Shown here: positions 1 through 13,325 of the stretch, in pieces
How the letters are laid out: every line of letters begins with the position of its first letter
How positions within the stretch are numbered: the stretch's first letter is position 1
DNA from: Octopus bimaculoides
Lineage: Eukaryota
DNA length: 64,000 nucleotides
Reading direction: 5' to 3'
Assembly: GCF_001194135.2 (NCBI RefSeq)
Contig: NC_068981.1
Span: 191,217,865 to 191,281,864, forward strand
The notes under the pieces: model-generated
The model's database searches: none
Told to the model about the DNA's origin: nothing
The model's input: the letters and a program-made list of their open reading frames with translations, nothing else
Translations under genes and position numbers: made by a program

Positions 1-1650
1 TATATATATATATATATGTGTGTATATGTGTTACTGCCTCCTTGTCTTGATATTTGTAAATGAATGTCCTTGTAATACAAGCAGTATCCTTCACTTTCAA
101 TCTTCTGTGAAAATAGTTTGGTGATGGGGAAATATTACCTTACTTGGAATCAGGCAAAGATTGGTGACAAGAAGGGAAGAAAATCTGTCTGACCCATACA
201 AGCATGGAAACATAGACATGAAAATCGATCATGAATAAGAATCTAATTGCTAGTTTGAAGCACTACTTCGTAGGACACCATGAAGTGTTGACTGAGATAA
301 TGTTGGTAACAAAAACAGAAAAACACAGTTCAGTCAAGTGGAAAGACCAGTTTAAATTGGTCTTCTTTCTAGATTAATGATCACCACCAGGGTAATATCC
401 TTTTTGCCATCCTTCCATCCATCCGTAATGTTCATGAATATTTCATATCTCAGTGCAGTTTGGAGATGGCAGTTCTTACTAATCATTTTCCCATATATAT
501 ATGTTGTTCCACTCTAAATTGTTTCCAGCTTCAACCTTTCTTCTCGCTTTCTCTTTTATATCTTCTTTACACCTAAACTTAACAGAATGTTATCCGAAAC
601 TTATAAAAACCCATGCAGTCTATCATCATTTGCGACAGCCTTTAGCCTTTCAAGATTGTCTCTGCCATTTCGTCTTCTGATATTTTTACTACACAATCAG
701 CAGACTTGCTTGCTTAAAGCAAATGTAAACGAATATCCCCCTCTCATTCTCTCTCTCTCTTTTTCTCTCTCTCTTTCTCTCTCTCCTTTTCTCTCTCTTT
801 CTCTCTCTCCTTTTCTCTCTCTCTTCCCCTCTCTCTCTCTCACCATGAAGCACTGGTTGAGTGATGGCATTATCAATGTTTTGTTGTCATGCTTCACTGT
901 GTATTTATATTCCTACATGCATTCCAATTATTTTGTTATATTTTTTCTTTTTTATATTTTGTTGCATTCATACTTTTCACCTTATCTTCAGCTGTAAACA
1001 TTCCGGTCAGTCGTGGTAGGCAAGCTGCTTTTCACAAGATCCAGTTCTTTAATTTCACTAACTGCTAATGTGTGTATTTTTCTCTTTTTTTTTTCCCCCT
1101 GACATTGGTGGTGCCACTATCTTCTGAATGGTTTCCTGGTTGTGACCAGCCACCCACATTTTTAGACAATATGATTTATTTGTTTTCTTCTTTTTTTTTT
1201 GTTGTTTTTTGCTTGTTTCCAATATGTTTACATTTCAGGCCACAAAATCAATACCCAATCACTCAATGGGAACCTATTGCTGTTCTTTTGTCTTATATCC
1301 AACTCATTGACGTACATATTCCTGTTTCCCTGGCAACAATAAACCCTGCAATTATTTTCCTGTAATGCTAGAAAAAATATCTTGTATCAAACATTATTAT
1401 TGTTGTTCTTAGGTTGGTGAGGTGGCCTTGTGGTGTCTCTCCTGGCTCTTTATATTCTGAGTTCAAATTCTCCCAAGGTCAGCTTAACCTTTCATCCTTT
1501 TAGAGTCAAGAAAATAAAGTACCAGTCAGGTACTGGGGTCAAAGGTACTGACTAGTACCCTCATCTCAAAATTTTGAAGCATTTACATATTTGTTTTGAT
1601 ACCCAACCATTCCTGGCAATATGTTAGTTTTACAGGGAACTGAACCTAAT

Positions 1651-1883
1651 GCTGGTGAGCTGGCAGATACGTTAGCACGCCAGGCGAAATGCTTAGCAGT
1701 ATTTCATCTGCCGTTACATTCTGAGTTCAAATTCCGCTGAGGTCGACTTTGCCTTTCATCCTTTCGGGGTCGATAAATTAAGTCCCAGTTATGCACTGGG
1801 GTCGATGTAATCGACTTAATCCTTTTGTCTGTCCTTGTTTGTCTCCTCTATGTTTAGCCCCTTGTGGGCAATAAAGAAATAAG
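1651..1883 (+). mobile_element. tRNA-derived SINE family C, full length
   Basis: Head ggtgagctggcaga...ttctgagttcaaattccgc, conserved block gtcgactttgcctttcatcctttcggggtcgataaattaagt, tail cccttgtgggcaataaagaaataaga. Confidence 0.85.
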
Positions 1884-2398
1884 ATATTTGATTTTGAATT
1901 GAGTATAATATTCTTAATTATCTCATATCCTGATTAGGTTAATTTTCCTTCCAGATTTAATACAATAAACTACCAGTTGATTACTGGGGTCAACTATATT
2001 GATTTACTCCCACCCACAAAAGAAAAATTACTGGTCCTGTGCTTAAATCAGAAGCTGTTATTATTATCATCATCATTATTTTCTTTGTGGAATATGTCAA
2101 TCTCCTTGCTGAATTAGTATTTTATTGTAGCTTTTATTCCTACAGAAAACTGAATTCGTGGCTTCTTTATCTTTTCGCCTTCCATTTTACTTCATGGCAA
2201 AAAAATCATTACTTTCTCTTTGCCCTACACCTAGTATCTCTTATATACATGAATATCAGGACAGAATTGGAAGCACATTGTGACCAGCAGTGTATAGCAG
2301 CATCTGATGGTCTGGTCAATACTGTCAGACTGTGATATATATTAATATATATATGTGTATATATATGTAAATGTATATATGTATATATATGTATATAT

Positions 2399-2637
2399 NN
2401 NNNNNNNNNNNNNNNNNNNNNNNNNNNNNNNNNNNNNNNNNNNNNNNNNNNNNNNNNNNNNNNNNNNNNNNNNNNNNNNNNNNNNNNNNNNNNNNNNNNN
2501 NNNNNNNNNNNNNNNNNNNNNNNNNNNNNNNNNNNNNNNNNNNNNNNNNNNNNNNNNNNNNNNNNNNNNNNNNNNNNNNNNNNNNNNNNNNNNNNNNNNN
2601 NNNNNNNNNNNNNNNNNNNNNNNNNNNNNNNNNNNNN
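2399..2637. other. Assembly gap (N-run)
   Basis: Other gaps at about 8708-8878, 14509-14575, 18437-18692, 26864-26873, 27711-27720, 46595-46627 and 59541-59679; most abut microsatellites or homopolymer runs. Confidence 0.98.
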
Positions 2638-2927
2638 TGTTGCCAGTGCCCCTGGACTGGCTCTTGTGCGGGTGGCATGTGAAATGCACCATTTTGAGCG
2701 TGGCCGTTGCCAGTGCCGCCTGACTGGCCTTCGTGCGGGTGACACGTAAAAGCACCCACTACACTCTCTGAGTGGTTGGCGTTAGGAAGGGCATCCAGCT
2801 GTAGAAACTCTGCCAAATCAGATTGGAGCCTGGTGTAGCCATCTGGTTTCACCAGTCCTCAGTCAAATCATCCAACCCATGCTAGCATGGAAAGTGGACG
2901 TTAAACGATGATGATGATGATGATGAT
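2638..2927 (+). mobile_element. SINE family A (RTE-type 3' tail ending (GAT)n), 5' end lost in gap
   Basis: Shared body ttaggaagggcatccagctgtagaaac...ccatgctagcatggaaagtggacgttaaacgatgatgat. Further partial + copies at about 6941-7140, 12031-12178, 21281-21480, 26335-26520, 30040-30250 and 58930-59162. Confidence 0.85.
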
Positions 2928-3050
2928 TTGCTTAACATCTGTTTTTCTATGTTAGCAAGGCTTAGATAGGGAAAGGCTCTTGAAGCAGGGTATTTACTGC
3001 CAGATGCTCTTCATGTTATGTTTTTTGAAATAAGGGCATATATATATTAT

Positions 3051-3428
3051 TCTTTTATATCTTTCAGTCATTTGACGGCAGCCATGCTGGAGCACCACCT
3101 TTAGTCAAACAAATCAACCCCAAGACTTATTCTTTGTAAGGCCAGTACTTATTCTATTGGTCTCTTTTGCCAAACTGCTAAGTTACGGGGATGTAAATAC
3201 ACCAATATCAGTTGTCAAGCAATGGTGGGGGGACAAACACAAACACACAAACATATATATATACATATATATGACGGGCTTCTTTCAGTTTCCATCTACC
3301 AAATCTACTCACAAGGCTTTGGTCAGCCTGAAGCTATAGTTGAAGACACTTGCCCAAGGTGCTATGCAGTGAGACTGAACCCAGAACTGTGTGATTGGTA
3401 AACAAGCTACTTACCATATAGCGACTCC
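3051..3428 (-). mobile_element. tRNA-derived SINE family B, full length, with internal (AT)/(GT) microsatellite
   Basis: Head ggctgtgtggtaag...ggttcagtcccactgc with Pol III A/B-box-like motifs, body accttgggcaagtgtcttc, tail ggtgctccagcatggc...gactgaaa. Confidence 0.85.
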
Positions 3429-5059
3429 AATATATATATTCCTCCAGACAAAATCAAATAATGTTTATCCTTTTATGCCATTTGGATTAGAACAAAGTTA
3501 GGTTGTTTATTTTAGGCTACCCAAGTTCTTTAGTTAAAATTTATTAGATTTGTGTTGTGGTATAATGTCTACCATTTGTGTTGAGAGGTAGTAGTATATT
3601 TATGGGTATGTGTGAGAGAAAGAGAGAAGTGTGAGAGAGAATGGCCAAACCTCTGTTAGAAAAAGGTTTGATACTCCCCAAAAAGATGTGAGAAAGTTGT
3701 GTCTTTCTAAATGGAATTTTGGAGACAATAATACTGTTGTAATGGCTCACAAAATATTGACAAATCAAACTTTAAATTGTTTGCTTCCTTTCTTGAAGCA
3801 ATCAAATTTTATTTTCTATTAACCATTAAAAGTTTTGCCAACAGATTACCATTCTGAATGCATTGATTTTTATTTCTAGTTTCTTACTAGTGTAAGTATT
3901 TCAATAACTGCTTCAATAAAATGCTAGGTCAACTGGTTTTATGCATTAATTTCACATAAAATGAGAAGAGGATTTCACAGAGAAAGTATAAAAAAATAAA
4001 TGAAAGAAACGAAAAAAAAAAGACAAAAACTATTTTAAACTACTTCTGAATAGTGTCGACAAGATGGCTTGACGATCACTGGTAGATATACATCCTCATT
4101 AAGTTCTCTGACTAAATCAACGCAGTGCTTAAACCACAAAATCAATACATAATACAACATGAACTTGTTGCTGCTATTGTCCTATTGTATATCAAACCCA
4201 TTGATATAGATACTTTTTAATTTCTTTTTGTAACTCTTTGCATTTCCAAATTCTTCTTCCCACACCCCACCTTTCTCCCCCACCCTCTCTCTCTCTCTCT
4301 CTCACCCTCTCTCTCACCTGACTGAGATTCACTGTGAGATTATTAAAAATAACATTTACAGAATCAGAAGAATAAAATCCATGCTAATAGTGTGATTAAT
4401 TTTTGTATGAAATCATTTAAGTGAATTAATTAATCTTTTGTGTGTCTTTTATGGAAAAAGAAAAAACAAAAGAAATGATTAGTATCTTTAATAAAGAATT
4501 AATTAAAGTCATAATGTTGCTAACCTTTTAAGTCTTTACAGATAAATTAAAAACTGAAGCCAGTTTTATTTTTATTATTATGTTCTTTTGTATTTCTACA
4601 TTAGAAATATAAAATTATATTTAATTTTTAAGAATTTGTTAGGTTATGAAACTCCAAAGAAAGTTGACAAATTGTGCAAAAAGAATTTTCGTCAATAAAA
4701 TTTTCTGGGAAGTAATTTATATAATTGATGTCTAACATCTTATTGGGAAAATGACAGTTCATTAAAAATATGTTTAGTTTTAAATCATGGGAAACAGTCA
4801 ACTGAAATACGTTGAGTTTTGTTTTTTGTTTTTTTTTTGCTATTTCTTTCATAATCTTAAATAATTTTAGTTAGATAATTCAAATCTTAATAGATACATT
4901 AAATATCCATAATCTTTTTTTCTTTTTTCCACCAATTTTCTGGTGTGTGTCTTCAAAATTTAATGTGAATGACATGGATGTGAAAGTCTTCATCATATTC
5001 GTGGATGTAATCATAAATAATTTCATGTTTTTTGTGCATGTGTGTATGTTAGCACAGAA

Positions 5060-5250
5060 TCCTTGGGGGAGGGGATTAAGTGAATTACCTCGACTCCAGT
5101 GCATAGCTGGTACTTATTTAATCGACCCCGAAAGGATGAAAGGCAAAGTCGACCCTGGTAAAATTTGAACTCAGAATGTAGTGACAAGCGAAATACCGCT
5201 AAGCACTTCATCCAGCGTGCTAATGACTCTGCCAACTTGCCACCTTAGTG
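5060..5250 (-). mobile_element. SINE family C variant
   Basis: Reverse-complement core cgaccccgaaaggatgaaaggcaaagtcgacc. More degenerate copies at about 1415-1580, 10180-10300, 12630-12720, 17682-17895, 19820-20165, 20721-20909, 38230-38370, 41400-41590, 41970-42145, 46400-46590, 49880-50095 and 55560-55700. Confidence 0.75.
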
Positions 5251-5422
5251 TTAGCACAGAATATATAATTTTAGTGGTTGATGCATGTATGTGTGTGTTC
5301 CCAACTACGTAGTCTTGGGTTCAATCCCACTGTGCAGCACTTTGGGCAAGTGTCTTTTACTATAGCTCAACACCAACAAAAGCCTTTTGAGCAGACTTAG
5401 TAGATGGAAACTGAAAGAAGCC

Positions 5423-5424
<2 letters not shown>

Positions 5425-5518
<94 letters not shown>

Positions 5519-5551
5519 CAGATAGACAGACAGATAAATAGATAGACAGAC

Positions 5552-5605
<54 letters not shown>

Positions 5606-5710
5606 ACGGATAGAAAAACAGATAAACAGATAGAAAAAAAGATAAACAGATAGATAGACAGATAAACAGATAGACAGATAAATAGATAGATAGACAGACA
5701 GACAGAAAGG
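5425..5710. repeat. Compound microsatellite (TG)n(AGAT)n(AGAC/AAAC)n
   Basis: Directly visible. Confidence 0.95.
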
Positions 5711-6370
5711 CAGGCAGGCAGGGAGACATCCTCATGGCCAAACAGATTTTTCACAGAAGACTGGAAACAATCACTTGCATGAAGGGGATTCTTCTTTACA
5801 AGTATCCCTTGATGTCAAGGCAAAGTTACACACACACACACTTGTGCATGGTATGTGTGTTTGAATTTAGAAGCAAAAGAGAAAAATTGCTCGATACCGA
5901 AGGAGAGTGTGATTATTTGTTGTGGTTTCTCCTTTTTATTGTGTGTTGGTACACGTTCTAAGATGAGTGAAGAATCACACAATAAGATTAATCTCTAACA
6001 GCAAAGATTAATCTTAGCACAATGCTGAATGTGAGATACAAGACATTATAAGTGCTACCTTGAGATTAAAAACAAAAAAGAAAAGTAGAACACTTCAATG
6101 GCACTCAAACATTGTATCAACCACTTTCTAGATGACCATATTACGGATTACACCATTTATCACCTGCCATATTACTTAACCAGATTAGTTTATAAATATT
6201 CTATTAATATAAACTAACTCCAAGAAAGAATATAGATCAGTGCATTCAAGCAAAAGTACCTTGTGGTATTTATTCCACCCAAGTAATGTGGGGATGGTAC
6301 TCTTGCTATCAGAAATGTGATAAACCAATGAAAGGACCATTCATTAGAAACTGTTCCTAACAACACAATT

Positions 6371-6862
<492 letters not shown>

Positions 6863-8489
6863 TTTTTAAAATGTATTATATGCACACATATATATATATG
6901 GTCCTGGCATCTGATGAGATGGATGTGTGCTACAGTAGACTTGTGAGCTACATGGTAACCTGAAATAGCGCTAATGGCATGAGAAAAGCTCCCAGTACCC
7001 TCTGTAAAGTAATTGGTGTTAGGAAGGGTATCCAGTTGTGGAAACCATGCCGAAACAGACAATGAAGCATGATGTAGTGACCTGTCAGACGTTCTAACCC
7101 ATGCCAGCATGGAACATGGAAGCTAAGTGATGATGATGATATGTAACTTCTACCAAATATGTTGAGTGTCACTTGCTTTCCTTTGTTCACTCGCTTCTGT
7201 ATGTGCGTGTGTGTGTGCGTGCATGCATGTGAGTGTGTGTGTGTGTGTGTGCACTCACATGTGTATGTGTGTAGACAGAGAGACGGTTGAGTAAACTAAG
7301 TCCTTTTACACAACATAGCTTTACTTTGACTTTTATAAACTCTTAATATGTGAGAATTCTTCACTTTAGCATGAAAATATTTTTAAAGTTTGGGTTACAT
7401 CATAGAATTTCTTGCATGTTCTAAAGTAAGTTTCAATATGGATTAAAAATGGTAATGTATTCCTGCAAAACGAATAGCTTTATTTCACCATTGTTCTTCT
7501 GAGAGTCTTTTTTTTTCTCTCATTTTTAACTGAACCAAAAAGACTATCTCTATAGGAATAGGTTTAAATTTTTCCCTATGAATTTCAAGAATATTGTAAT
7601 ATTCTTGTCTTTGTTTCTAGTGCCTGAATAATCTTTTATATGTTTGACTAAGTGAAGCACATAATTCAGATGGTTACAAGTTATCTTCAACATATTTAGT
7701 TCTGTTGAAAATAAGAATTATTTTTGCCCTAGAGATAACAGAAATTTTATACTTTCTAGGCATATACTTAGATTCCATATTAGAACTTAACATAACTGAA
7801 AACTTTCTTTTTTCGGGTTTGTTTTTGTTTAGGCTTTTATTCTTTCTTTTTGTCTTTTTGTTTTTTGTAAATAACATTTTAGGTGTCATATTCTTCCTAA
7901 CAAAACACTTTGACAATTACATCTCTAAAACTAAGAAAAAGCAACAAATATTTCTAAATGAACGAAAGCTCTTTCATAACGTTACGAAACAGCCTTGTGA
8001 AATTTGATGTTTCAAAACATCCCTTGGTTAAAAACTGAATCCTTCCAATGCTTTTTTTTTTTTTTTTTTTGCAAACAACAATTCAATGTTGTTGGTAAGT
8101 AAACAAACCATACACGGCTTCAAAATAAATAAAAAATTCCTTCTTTTTAAAGTATTCTTTTACTCTTGTATTTCAAATTAGCCAACAACTCATATATTTC
8201 CAAAACTAGATATATATTCTTCTATTTTCTATTGTTTTTTTTTATTTCAATTCTCTTTGCAGTCAATTTTTTTTTTTTTTTTGTAGGAAAAGCATATTAT
8301 AGTTGATTTTCTCCCTTGTTGTTTTCTTACAATGTGTGTGTGAGTGTGTGTGTTTATTTTATTGATCCACATTGTTAAGTCTATTATTAGATGTTTTATT
8401 CTGTATATATATTTATTGATGTTTTCCAGCACTTTGTAATGATGAATTCTGCCTTCTGGTGTGTCCAAACACATACACATGTGTGTATG

Positions 8490-8500
8490 TGTATGTATAT

Positions 8501-8587
<87 letters not shown>

Positions 8588-8661
8588 CACACATATATAC
8601 ACACACACACACACATATATATAGACATACATATATATACATATATATACACATATATATA

Positions 8662-8707
<46 letters not shown>

Positions 8708-8880
8708 NNNNNNNNNNNNNNNNNNNNNNNNNNNNNNNNNNNNNNNNNNNNNNNNNNNNNNNNNNNNNNNNNNNNNNNNNNNNNNNNNNNNNNNNNNNNN
8801 NNNNNNNNNNNNNNNNNNNNNNNNNNNNNNNNNNNNNNNNNNNNNNNNNNNNNNNNNNNNNNNNNNNNNNNNNNNNNNTA

Positions 8881-8929
<49 letters not shown>

Positions 8930-8998
8930 GCATATATACATATGTACCTGTATGTATGTGTGTGTATTTATATGTTTACATGCATGTATGTATATATT

Positions 8999-9049
<51 letters not shown>

Positions 9050-9060
9050 GTGTGTGCACT
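8490..9060. repeat. Compound (AT)n/(AC)n/(GT)n microsatellite containing a gap
   Basis: Directly visible. Confidence 0.95.
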
Positions 9061-9537
9061 CGCCCCCATGTATTTAGTTTTACTTCCTAAATATCCTACC
9101 TCACACTTATTATCAAACATTAGGTTTTGAAGTGATAACCATGCTCACTAATTACATTAAATAATAGATAAATTTAATTTATCAGAATATCTTGTATCAG
9201 ACTCTTAATATTAATAATAATAATAAAAAAAAGAAAACGATGTGAATGCAATACATAAAATTAATTATAGCCTTGAATTATAAATCACAGGATTTATTGA
9301 TCTGATTAAATATTGATTTGTGTGGATATTTTGTTTACTTTTGTCACACATGAAATCAAAATGATAATACAGCTTTCAACTCCACTTCTCTGACGTAGCT
9401 AATTTCATTGGGGAAAGTATGATTGTCACAACATCCCATACTGTAGGGCCTCCTCCATCAGCTTATGTTGACTGCATTTGCATTAGTATGTGAGGTTAGG
9501 AGAAGTTTTTTTGAAGAAGAAGAAGTCTAAATGACAC

Positions 9538-9958
9538 GGCTGTGTGGTAAGAAAGCTGACTTTGCAATCATGGGGTTCTGGGTTCAGTCCCGCTGCAACG
9601 TGGCTGTGTGGTTAAAAAGCTGACTTTGCAACCATGTGGTTGTAGGTTCAGTCCCACTGCATGGCACCTCAAGCAAGTATCTTCTGTAGCTTCAGGCCAA
9701 AGAATTCCTTGTAAGTAAATTTAGTTGGTGGGAACTGTGGATACCCATCATGCATATATGCATGTGTCTTTGTGTCTGTGTTTGACCCCACCCCCACAGT
9801 TTGGCAGATGTTGTTGGTTTGTTTATATCCCTATGAACTAACAGTTCTGGGAAAAGCGACAGACAGACTAAGTGCTCAGGTCAATTTGTTTGATTAGGCC
9901 TTCCACAGTGACACCCCAGCATGGTCAGAGTTCAATGATTGAAACAAGTAAAAGATAG
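9538..9958 (+). mobile_element. SINE family B with duplicated tRNA head
   Basis: The ggctgtgtgg...gttcagtcccrctgca unit occurs at 9538 and again at 9602. Confidence 0.8.
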
Positions 9959-10480
9959 AATTACCCATAAATGCAAGTCTCCCCCTCTTCCCCTCTTCCC
10001 TCCCTCAACCACCAAGGTTTATTCAAGAGAAAGGCCACTGATTTGGGCCAATTCTGCTTGGCACCAATATCAGAATATAATATAAAGAGCTAATACAGAT
10101 TATACTGCAAGGCATCCTACCTAATCCCCTAACAATCCCCTTCAGCTAATCCTTTTCACTCAATCTACTGTCCAGAATTAATACTTTTTTTTTTTTATGA
10201 AATCTGAAAGGGTGAAAGGCTGAGTTGACCATAGCAGGATTTGATCTCAGAGCACAGAGAGTCGAAAGAAATACCATAAGGCATTTTATCCAGCACTCGT
10301 ATTAGTCATATCTTTTATCTTTTATTTATTTCAGCCATTAGACTATGGCCATGCTGGGGTACTGCCTTGAAGACTTTTCATCAAACGAATTGACCCCCAG
10401 GATTTTTTTTTTTTGTTTTTGTAAAGCCTGGTCCTTATTGTATCAGTCATTTTTGCTGGACTGCTTAGTTAAAGGGACGT

Positions 10481-10518
<38 letters not shown>

Positions 10519-11102
10519 TTGTGTGACTTTGTGCCTGTGTTTGTCTTCCACCACCACTTAACAACCAGTGATGATGTGTTTATGTCCCTATAACTTAGTG
10601 GTTCACCCTTAAAAAAATAAGTACTGGGATCAATTCATTCAACTAAAAATTCCTCAAGGCGGTGCCCCAGCATGGTCGCAATCTAATGACTGAAGCAAGC
10701 AAGAGATAAAACATTAGCTCCATAAAGACACCATTACCACCTGCTTAACTTCACTAAAGCTACACCAATCATTATCATCATCATCGTTTAACATCCGCTT
10801 TCCATGCTAGGATGGAAAGTGGAAGTTAAACGATGATGATGATGATTGGTGGGGCATTTTTAGCCACACCTTGTATTGCAGTAAAATTGTATGCAGCAGC
10901 ATTTGATCCAAAAATTATTTAGATTTCAGTAAATATTTTCTTTTAATGTCCATTTCGGATTAGTTTGTAAAAGTTGAGAAGATTTAAACCAATCCAAATC
11001 TTTAACAATACACATTGGGAGAAATTTTCACTGCTATGCATACTAAGCATTTTTCCAATTAAGTACAGTCTTAATTCCAGTTTATTTTATAACACCTGGG
11101 AA

Positions 11103-11149
<47 letters not shown>

Positions 11150-11180
11150 TGTGTGTGTGTCTGTGTGTGTGTCTGTGTGT

Positions 11181-11219
<39 letters not shown>

Positions 11220-11671
11220 GGTACTGCTGTCCCTTGCTTAATGTGCTTAATTAATCTCCCAATATTCCATCATATATCAAAGCCATGTCATTCAAATTTA
11301 ATAACCATTGAGAATAATTATAATTATAATTATTAATCCTGAAAAATAGAATTTAAAAAAAATAACCAGTCTGGAATTAGTGTAAATCATTTATTTTTAG
11401 AGAAAAACTCATCAAGACCCAATTGAACAGTTTAAATGGGGGAAATGCTGTCAGCTTGACTGGTCACTTACAGCTGTTTGAATGCCGTTTTTGAAATACA
11501 GAAATCAAATTTTATACCCAGTAAATTAAGAAGTAGTTAAAATAATTTTAATTGCAGTAATTAAAACTGCATTCATGAACAATCACAGTAAGCAAGAGAT
11601 AATTGCAGACATGTATGTGTGTGGGCATGCATATGCATTCTGCATATTCTTGAGGTGGTTATGTAAACATG

Positions 11672-11935
11672 CATGGAGGCGCAATGGCCCAGTGGTTAGG
11701 GCTGAAGACTTCCGGTTGTAGGACTGTGGTTTCAATTCCCAGACTGGGCGTTGTGAGTGTTTATTGAGTGAAAACACCAAAAGCTCCACAAGACTCCAGC
11801 CACAACGTTCTCTCACTCTTTCTTCCTGTTTCTCTTGTACCTGTATTTCAAAGGGGCCAGCCTTGTCACACTGTGTCTTGCTGAATCTCCCCGAAAACTA
11901 CATCAAGGGTCACGAGCAGGCTGTTCTGTTGATCA
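11672..11935 (+). mobile_element. SINE family D with internal deletions
   Basis: Head and body match 57322-57700. Confidence 0.85.
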
Positions 11936-12190
11936 GATGTAAACATGTGAGTTCTTGTACAAAAGGTATTTTGAATTTCCATCCACACATATACAAACCT
12001 ACATATAGAAATGTGTGTGTGTGTATGTGAGTGTTAGAAAAGGTATCCAGCCATAGAAACTATGTCAAAGCTGACACTGAAGCTCAAAGTAGTCTTGTGG
12101 CTCACTGGATCCTATCAAAGTATTCAATGCCATGGGCCAGCATGCAAAAACAATTGTTAAATGATGATGATGATGACACATATATTTACA

Positions 12191-12257
12191 TGCTACTACC
12201 ACCGAGATCTGCACCCACGGTCGGCTTCACCCAGGCTTGCGGACACGGCTTCCATGC
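12191..12257 (-). rRNA. 28S: Isolated 28S rRNA fragment (pseudogenic, about 67 bp)
   Basis: Minus strand reads gcatggaagccgtgtccgcaagcctgggtgaagccgaccgtgggtgcagatctcggtggtagtagca, matching the conserved LSU core GGTGCAGATCTTGGTGGTAGTAGCA as I recall it. GC-rich island in AT-rich flanks. Confidence 0.7.
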
Positions 12258-12273
12258 ACATACATTATGTCTA

Positions 12274-12581
12274 AAACTGGCTCTTTGTCAGTTACAACGA
12301 GGGTTCTAGTTGATCCAATCAATGGAACAGCCTGCTCATCAAATTAACGTGCAAGTGGCTGAACACTCCACAGACACGTGTACCCTTAACTTAGTTCTCA
12401 GGGAGACTCAGCATGACACAGAGTGTGACAAGGCTGGCCTTTTGAATTAAAGGTACTACTCATTTTTTTGCCAGCTGACTGGACTGGATAATACCTAAAG
12501 AACACATCGCACTGCCAGGAATTGAACCCACAACCTGATGTTCATGATCCAAATACCCAAACCACTAAACCATGTATCTTC
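12274..12581 (-). mobile_element. SINE with family-E head and family-D tail
   Basis: 12-bp TSD acattatgtcta at 12262-73 and 12582-93. Confidence 0.8.
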
Positions 12582-12940
12582 ACATTATGTCTATATATAC
12601 TGTGAAAGAGTGACAGGGAGAGGATTATCAACAGTAGTAGATTGGTAAGATTGTTAGAGCAACACAGAAAATTCTGAGTTCAAATCCTACGAAGGCCATC
12701 ATCTTTGCCTTTAATCATAATAGATCACAAACTTGGTACACTTAATCCACGTTCAGTTTATCATCAACACCTGACCCTTTCTTGAGCAGTCCATTCCGTT
12801 GCCAGCATTTGGCTTAGATCTTTGGTATCAGGATAAATTCCTGAGGTCATCTTATCAATCTTGAAAGTCCTGCGAAAAGGACTTAAGTGCTGACCTTTTC
12901 TAGCAGACAAAAGCATAAGAAAAATTAGGAAATGGTTTAT

Positions 12941-13325
12941 TCTTTTATTTGTTTCAGTCGTTTGACTGTGACCATGCTGGAGCACCACCTTTAGTTGAAC
13001 AAATCAACCCCAGGACTTATTCTTTGTAAGCCTAGTACTTATTCTATCAGTATCTTTTGCCAAACCGCTAAGTTATAAGGACATAAACACACCAAGATCA
13101 GTCGTCAGGTGATGGTAGGGAGACACAAACACAAACACAGAAACATATATATATATATAGATATGATGGGCTTCTTTCAGTTTCCATCTACCAAATCCAC
13201 TCACAAGGCTTTGGCCAGCCCGAGGCTATAGTAGAAGACACTTGCCCAAGGTGCCACGCAGTGGGACCGAACCTGAAACCATGTGGTTGGTAAGCAATCT
13301 ACTTATCACACAGCTGCTCCTGCAC
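12941..13325 (-). mobile_element. SINE family B, full length
   Basis: Family head, body and tail. Confidence 0.85.

Noticed and set aside
4050-4175. Minus-strand 41-codon ORF with hydrophobic start (MLYYVLILWFKH...)
   Set aside because: Short, no convincing donor or partner exon; expected by chance in AT-rich DNA.
11672-11750. tRNA-like sequences here and at other SINE heads
   Set aside because: They have A/B boxes but no complete cloverleaf and continue into shared SINE bodies.
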